Source of the DNA: an uncultured delta proteobacterium
Lineage (GTDB): Bacteria; Myxococcota_A; Polyangia; Palsa-1104
Assembly: GCA_963785725.1 (NCBI GenBank)
Contig: CAWAWS010000044.1
Span: 1-23,819, forward strand
Direction: 5' to 3'
DNA: 23,819 bases
The notes below the pieces were generated by a model. The model had not been told where the DNA came from, made no database searches, and saw only the letters and a program-made list of their open reading frames with translations. Below are positions 16,722 to 23,819 of the stretch, in pieces (within the stretch, counting starts at the first letter, position 1; each line of letters begins with the position of its first letter). Made by a program: the position numbers and the translations under genes.

Positions 16722-17881
16722 TGGACCTTTATTGGTTCTTACCGACCCACGGCGACGGGCGTCATCTCGGCACCGCGCAAGGCGCGCGCGCGGTCGAATT
16801 GTCGTATCTGCAGCAGATCGCCGGCGCCGCCGATCGACTCGGCTATCGCGGCGTCTTGTTGCCGACGGGCCGATCCTGCGAAGACGCCTGGGTCGTCGCC
16901 TCGGCGCTCATCGGATCGACCGAGCGACTGCGTTATTTGGTCGCCATTCGTCCCGGCATCATTTCGCCCACGGCGTCGGCGCGAATGGCGGCGACGCTCG
17001 ACCGCTTATCGAACGGCCGACTCGACATCAATGTCGTCACCGGCGGCGATCCGGCGGAGTCGGAAGGCGACGGCGTCTTTTTGCCGCACGACGAGCGCTA
17101 TAAGCAAACGACGGAGTTCCTCGAGATCTGGCGCCGCGTCCTGGCCGGCGAGAATGTCGACTACGAGGGGCGTCACTTGAAGGTTCGCGGCGCCAAGGTG
17201 CTCTACCCTCCTTTGCAGTCGCCGCATCCGCCGCTCTATTTCGGCGGCTCCTCGGAGGCGGCGCACGAGCTGGCCGCCGATCAAGTGGACGTCTATTTGA
17301 CCTGGGGCGAGCCGCCGGCCGCCGTCGGCGCGAAAGTCGCCGACATGCGCCGGCGCGCCGCCTTACGCGGACGCACGCTGCGCTTCGGGATTCGACTGCA
17401 CGTCATCGTCCGCGAGACGAACGATGCCGCCTGGAACGCCGCGCACGACCTCATTAGACATGTCGACGACGCGACGATCGCAGCGGCGCAAACCGCCTTC
17501 GCCAAGATGGACTCCGAAGGTCAGCGGCGCATGTCGCAATTACACGGTGGAAAGCGCGAGCAATTGGAGGTCAGCCCCAATTTGTGGGCCGGCGTCGGGC
17601 TCGTGCGCGGCGGCGCAGGCACGGCGCTCGTCGGCGACGCGGAGACGGTCGCGGCGCGAATGCGCGAGTATGCCGCGCTCGGGATCGAGACGTTCATTCT
17701 CTCGGGCTATCCGCATTTGGAAGAGGCTTATCGCGCCGCCGAGCTGCTGTTTCCGCTGTTGCCGGTCGAGAAGCGTCCGTCGCTCGCGCAGCACAACTTG
17801 ACCGGGCCGTTCGGCGAAATGATGGCCAATCAATATCCCCCGAATTCCCCGAGTCCCCCGAATCCAGCGAAGCGTTCATGA
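16721..17881 (+). CDS. ssuD: FMNH2-dependent alkanesulfonate monooxygenase, SsuD family, most like MsuD (methanesulfonate monooxygenase)
   Basis: [78 protein letters not shown] overlap with sfnG. Confidence 0.93.
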   Translation: MDLYWFLPTHGDGRHLGTAQGARAVELSYLQQIAGAADRLGYRGVLLPTGRSCEDAWVVASALIGSTERLRYLVAIRPGIISPTASARMAATLDRLSNGRLDINVVTGGDPAESEGDGVFLPHDERYKQTTEFLEIWRRVLAGENVDYEGRHLKVRGAKVLYPPLQSPHPPLYFGGSSEAAHELAADQVDVYLTWGEPPAAVGAKVADMRRRAALRGRTLRFGIRLHVIVRETNDAAWNAAHDLIRHVDDATIAAAQTAFAKMDSEGQRRMSQLHGGKREQLEVSPNLWAGVGLVRGGAGTALVGDAETVAARMREYAALGIETFILSGYPHLEEAYRAAELLFPLLPVEKRPSLAQHNLTGPFGEMMANQYPPNSPSPPNPAKRS

Positions 17882-18770
17882 GCGCCTGTCCATAAACGCC
17901 ATCAACAGGAGACGAACATGCCTGCCATTCAACACAAGTTCAGCTACGAGTCGACGCTGCATGACGCCGAGAAGGTCAATTGGCGCATCGAGGACATCAT
18001 CGGCGGCGATAAGAAGCTCGATTTCGCCAAGCCGTTTCTGCCGGACTCGCTGGCCGGCGTAAACGAGATCGCGGGACTGAGCGAGACCGAGAAGCTCGCC
18101 CTCAATCACATTCGCGGCAAGACCTATCTCTATCTATTCGGGTTCGTCGAAGAGTTCATCTTGCCCTTCGTGCTCGAGCAGGCGCAAAAGGCCGTACACG
18201 GCGAGTCGGCGCGGATTCGGGCGCTCTTGGCCTTCGCGGAAGAGGAAGCCAAACATATCGATCTATTTCATCGCTTCAATGCCGAGTTCGATAAGCGGTT
18301 CGAGACGAAGGTCGACGTCATTGGGCCGGCGGCGGATATTGCCAAGGCGGTCTTGGCGCACAGTCCGCTCGGCGTGGTCTTGACGATTCTGCACTTGGAG
18401 TGGCTGACGCAATATCACTATGTCGAGAGCGTCAAGAACGCCGGGACGGCCATCGATCCGCAGTTCGCCAGCTTGTTGAAGCATCATTGGCTGGAGGAGG
18501 CGCAGCACGCCAAGCTCGATACGCTGCTGGCGGACGAGATCGCGCGCCACCTGTCGCCCGCGGAGATTCAGACGGGAATCGACGATTATCTGAAGATCGC
18601 CGGGCTGCTCGAAGGCGGCTTGTCGGCGCAGGCGAAGCTGGACGTCGACGCGCTCGAGCGGCACGTGCGGCGCACCTTTACGGCGAGCGAGCGCGAGCAC
18701 ATCTTGGCGGCGCAAGTGCGCTCCTACCGGCGCACGTTCCTCGTCGCCGGCGCGCAGCATCCCAATGTCG

Positions 18771-20069
<1,299 letters not shown>

Positions 20070-20309
20070 GGCGACCTCCTGGGCTCAACAGCCGGAGAGC
20101 GCGCCCTCGCCGTCGATCCTGCCGGTGAGCGTGCGGATGGCGGCTCGGCCCTGCGTCTGCGAAAGCGGCGGCGCGTCCGTCTTAACGGATGGCCGGCGCC
20201 GTGTGACCGCGCCGCCGCCGAGACGTCGCAGCGACGAGCGGCGGACGACGGTAGGAGCCGACAATCGGGATGAAGCCACGCACATGCCATTCCTCCGCGA
20301 TACCGGATG

Positions 20310-20337
20310 AGTATCTAACATAACGGATACAAGTCAA
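20310..20337 (-). promoter_or_regulatory. Possible sigma70-type promoter upstream of sfnR
   Basis: Minus strand TTGACT-N16-GATACT in an AT-rich patch, overlapped by GTATC/GATAC inverted repeats. Confidence 0.4.
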
Positions 20338-20473
20338 GCGCGGCCGGCGAGACACCAGGGCAGCGCTTGGCGACCAGCCCTCGGAGGCACGCCAGGACGC
20401 ATGTCGTCTACCGATCGTGCAGCGCCAAACGGTGGGCGCGCGAGGCCAGGCCAGGTCGCGCCACGCCAGGCAG

Positions 20474-20593
20474 ACGTGTGGCCTGATCCGCTCGGGCCAG
20501 GCCACGTCACGTCAACGTGTGGCCTGATGCGCTCACGCCGGGCCACGTCACGTCAACGTGTGGCCTGATGCGCTCACGCCGGGCCACGTCACG
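20474..20593. repeat. Tandem array of ~2.9 copies of a 41-bp hairpin-forming (REP-like) unit
   Basis: Unit ACGTGTGGCCTGATGCGCTCACGCCGGGCCACGTCACGTCA starts at 20474, 20515 and 20556. Internal stem GTGGCCTG...C(A/G)GGCCAC. Confidence 0.9.
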
Positions 20594-20819
20594 CGGATGC
20601 CGTCGGCAGGCGCGCTCCACGCGACAGTGCGCCACCTCCAGCCGCGCCTCGCTCATGTCGGCGGCACGGCACCTCGACGCGCCACGCCAATTCCGACGGC
20701 ACGGCACGTCGACGGCGCGCTCGACGCCGTGCCAGCGGCGCCGCGCTCACGGCGGCGGCACGGCGCGTCGACGGCACGGCGTGCTCGACGCCGCGCCGCG
20801 CCGTGGATACCATAGGCGC

Positions 20820-21998
20820 ATGCCCATGACCGACGTGGCCGGGGTGCAGGATTGGCTGCTGCGCGCGCGGCACGTCGACGACGGCGGCGTCTCGTTCATG
20901 CAAGGCCTGATCGACCAACTGCGCGAGCGCGGGCTCTTGCTCTGGTCGTGCAACTTCAGCCTGCTGACCAAGCATCCCGAGCTGGTCTGGCGGACGGTGC
21001 TGTGGAACGAGGGCGTCGGCGTGCGCACCGTCGAGCGCAGCCGCGACACGCTGGGCAAGCCCTACTTCACGAGCAGCCCGTTCGCGCGCTTGCGCCAAGG
21101 CGAACCGTTCGTGCGCGTGCGGCTCGATCCCGGACCGCTGCCCTATCCCATCTGCGAAGACCTGCGCACGCAGGGCGCGACCGACTATTTCGCGCAGGCG
21201 CTGCCCAACCGCAGCGGCGAGATCGGCCACGTGTCGTGGGTGACGCGCGCGCCGCAAGGATTCTCCGACGAGGAGCTCGCGGCCTTGCAGACGCTCGCGC
21301 CCATGCTCGGGATGCGGCTCGAGCTCGAGTCGGCGTATCACGCCACGCGCGGGCTGCTCGAGGTCTATCTCGGCCGCAACGCCGGCAACCGCGTCATCGA
21401 CGGCGGCTTTCGTCGCGGCAGCGGCGCCCTCATCGACGCCGCCATCTGGTTCTGCGACCTGCGCAACTTCACCGTGTTGTCCGACGAGAGCCCGCCGCAG
21501 GTCGTCGTGCAGACGCTCGACGAATATTTCGATCGCATCGCCGGCGTCGTGATGGCTGCCGGCGGCGAGGTCCTGAAGTTCATCGGCGACGCGATCTTGG
21601 CCATCTTTCCCGTGGCCGACGATGCGCGGGCGTCGTGCCGGAGCGCGCTCGCCGCCGCGGAGACGGCGCTGACGGCGCTGGACGCGCTCAACGTCGAGCG
21701 CGACGCCCGCGGCGAGGGCGCGCTGGCGATGGGCATCGCGCTGCACCTCGGCCGCGTCATGTACGGCAACATCGGCGCGCGCAATCGCTTGGACTTCACG
21801 GTCATCTCGGCGGCGGTCAACGAAGCCTGCCGGCTCGAAGCGCTGTGCAAACAGCTGGGCACCCCGTTGACGTTGAGCGAAGCGTTCGTGAACGCGCTCG
21901 ACCTGCCGGGCATCGTGGCGTTGGGCGAGCACGCGCTCAAGGGTGTCCGCGCGCCCATTCGGGTCTACACGCTCGCGGGCGCGATGACCCGCGGCTGA
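20820..21998 (+). CDS. Class III adenylate/guanylate cyclase (probably adenylate) with an N-terminal putative sensory domain
   Basis: WFCDLRNFT, EVLKFIGDAILAIF, GIALHLGRVMYGNIG...LDFTVI...VNEACRLE, LKGV. Lys/Asp residues fit ATP specificity. TCGACG-N17-TACCAT lies 6 nt before ATG 20820. Confidence 0.9.
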   Translation: MPMTDVAGVQDWLLRARHVDDGGVSFMQGLIDQLRERGLLLWSCNFSLLTKHPELVWRTVLWNEGVGVRTVERSRDTLGKPYFTSSPFARLRQGEPFVRVRLDPGPLPYPICEDLRTQGATDYFAQALPNRSGEIGHVSWVTRAPQGFSDEELAALQTLAPMLGMRLELESAYHATRGLLEVYLGRNAGNRVIDGGFRRGSGALIDAAIWFCDLRNFTVLSDESPPQVVVQTLDEYFDRIAGVVMAAGGEVLKFIGDAILAIFPVADDARASCRSALAAAETALTALDALNVERDARGEGALAMGIALHLGRVMYGNIGARNRLDFTVISAAVNEACRLEALCKQLGTPLTLSEAFVNALDLPGIVALGEHALKGVRAPIRVYTLAGAMTRG

Positions 21999-22139
21999 GC
22001 CGGCGTCGGCGGCGAGTTGTCCGCACGCGAGCTGGCCTGCCGTCGCAGCTGCGGATGCGCGAAGGCCGTCGATTGCGCGTGTCGGGCATTTTCGGAGTCC
22101 GGCGGCGGGAGGGCCGTAGCCTGGTCGTGGCCGTGGCGA

Positions 22140-23819
22140 CAGTTGCCTAAAGAGCCACAGCCGTCCCAGTGCGTCATCCTCGCCGCTGACACACACCAAT
22201 CACACACACACATCTCCACATAGCAGCAGGGTGTGTGACAGCAACCCGACCTCGACACGCACCTGCATCAATCCCAGTTCTTATAGTAACTACAAAAGCT
22301 GATCACTCACCTTCCTTCAGAGTGGCATCCTCGTTCGTCGGCCACATGACCAAGCTGAGCTTCCTCGAGAAGTCGGCCAGCCCGATGCTGCAAGCTGCAG
22401 TGGTTGGGGAGTCCAATGCCTCCTTCGGTGGTCCGAGAAGACAAATCCCCTGGAAACATCGCTTCACCATGGCATAGAGATCAGCGTCCCAATATCTCCA
22501 CGGATCATCACATGCACCTGCTGTCCTTCAACACTGAAATCAGCACTATAATTTATAAATGCACTAGAATCAAATCACATTGACCTGCGCATCCATGCTC
22601 AACTGGAGCAACTCACAACACAAATACAGCCTCGGCCTGATGAAGATTGGTCCATCAATCATTTCAACCATAATAAAGATTGAACACCTTCCTCGGCTGT
22701 CACTGCTCCAACAAGATGCTCCAATGAAACATCCTTCTCGGCCTCAGCTTCTGCACTGCCGGCATCATAACATGATTCCATTCGCAGATCCACCACCTCG
22801 ACAACCCACACATCACAGCCTTGTTCTGCCGACATACAGGTAAAGTGCCAGAAGCCGTCGCAGCTCCCACCATGCAATGGCTGGTGCGCATATGATACAG
22901 TACATCCATTTCTTCGCTGCCGCCGGTCATCGAGCAAGTGCGCACACACAGCAAAGCCGACCCCACACAAGCAACTCACATTGCACCCACTAGATAATGG
23001 CAACAAAAACAAACAAGTCGTCGTGGACGCCACCTCTCGGCTGCACGCGGTGGAGTGTCCGACACGGCACAGATACGAGAGCAAGGCCTGTGAGGCATAT
23101 GATGCCGTCTTGGCAAAACCGCAATAGGACACTCGTCGCGCTATGCGCGAGCTCGAGGCCGCTAAAAGGACAATATCTCAATTTGATCAGGATAAGCAGT
23201 CGTCGGCTCGAGACATCACGTTGAATGACTGGACACCTGAAACCCTAATCCGAGAGCCGGCGGAGGCGTTCGACGTGAGTGCTTCATATGATGAAAAACA
23301 GTACGCGCCGAAGAAAGTGATGCGCACAAGTTCAGCGATCAAGGCAGCGATGCACTGGATTTTGCCGAGATTCGGCGACGCCCACAACAATACAAAATGC
23401 GCACGCTGATATCAATAGCAACGACGAATTATTTTGATGATCTATAAATATAACAAAAGGGATCCAACTTGGCCGAATTTCCCTGACAGGAGTCCGGTGG
23501 CCAACCGGATAACCGACCTGGATATGACCCAACAAGCTCCATCTCCACCCGGACGTAGCATGTTTTCCGGGGAGTCAAATCAACAATAACAACACATGAA
23601 TAAGGTGGTCGCGCTCGGACACGCCGGCCCGCGATCCCGCACGTCGTGTGCGATCGCCTCACCGTGGCGGCGGTCTCCGCTCGTCAGTTGCCGCCGCTCG
23701 GCCCTCTCGGTCCACGCGGCTCGCCCTCCGCGCCCGCGTCAGGCTCCTCGCGCCGTTCCGCAGCTCGTCAAGCTGCTCGCCGTCCGAGTGGTCCCCGTGC
23801 ATTTGTAGATGAGTTGTAG
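22140..23819. other. Eukaryote-like DNA (lower GC, ORF-poor, CA repeats, short GT-AG intron-like segments) joined to the bacterial sequence
   Basis: Abrupt loss of GC3-biased coding DNA. Minus-strand donor AAG|GTGAGT at 22310 and CAG|GTCAAT at 22584, with acceptors at 22263 and 22518/22521. The exact junction (22000-22150) is uncertain. Confidence 0.6.

Noticed and set aside
20070..20310. SAM-I riboswitch in the sfnR leader (minus strand begins CTCATCC...GGAGGA)
   Set aside because: The downstream conserved elements (GCAACC, GTGC, closing GATRAG) are not evident. An Infernal/Rfam scan would settle it.
20474..20593. CRISPR array
   Set aside because: The units are contiguous with identical intervening sequence, so there are no unique spacers, and there are no cas genes.
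20517..20819. N-terminal 101 aa of the 493-aa cyclase ORF
   Set aside because: It runs through the tandem repeats and is low-complexity. A promoter-like element directly precedes ATG 20820.
22235..23808. Short ORFs in the terminal segment as bacterial genes
   Set aside because: No convincing RBS, codon bias or recognisable domains.

Overview
The window looks like a composite of three unrelated sources. (1) 1-~4145 (moderately GC-rich, Acidobacteria-like): end of a PilB/GspE ATPase, then pilM-pilN-pilO, a PilP-position gene and a Glu5-less pseudopilin that is cut off. (2) ~4146-~22100 (very GC-rich, Myxococcota-like): a truncated Gfo/Idh/MocA oxidoreductase; a surface module (lipoprotein, OprB/MnoP-like porin, OM barrel without OmpA domain, Cys-repeat lipoprotein) headed by a sigma54 promoter; a divergent aldehyde reductase/AraC pair; a dimethylsulfone-to-sulfite sulfur-scavenging locus (ssuE, msuC, sfnG, msuD/ssuD, sfnR); and a class III adenylate cyclase. 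(3) ~22140-23819: lower-GC, ORF-poor, eukaryote-like DNA with short GT-AG intron-like segments. The most interesting part is the sulfur locus. It has two extra enzymes (an ACAD-fold protein lacking the usual catalytic Glu/His, and an AurF-type diiron oxygenase). Its three sigma54 promoters each lie 29-30 bp from paired TGCTGC-N4-GCAGCA palindromes, and two appear to give near-leaderless mRNAs. Several genes carry single-base frameshifts, probably long-read errors. Family and taxon calls come from recalled motifs, not database searches.
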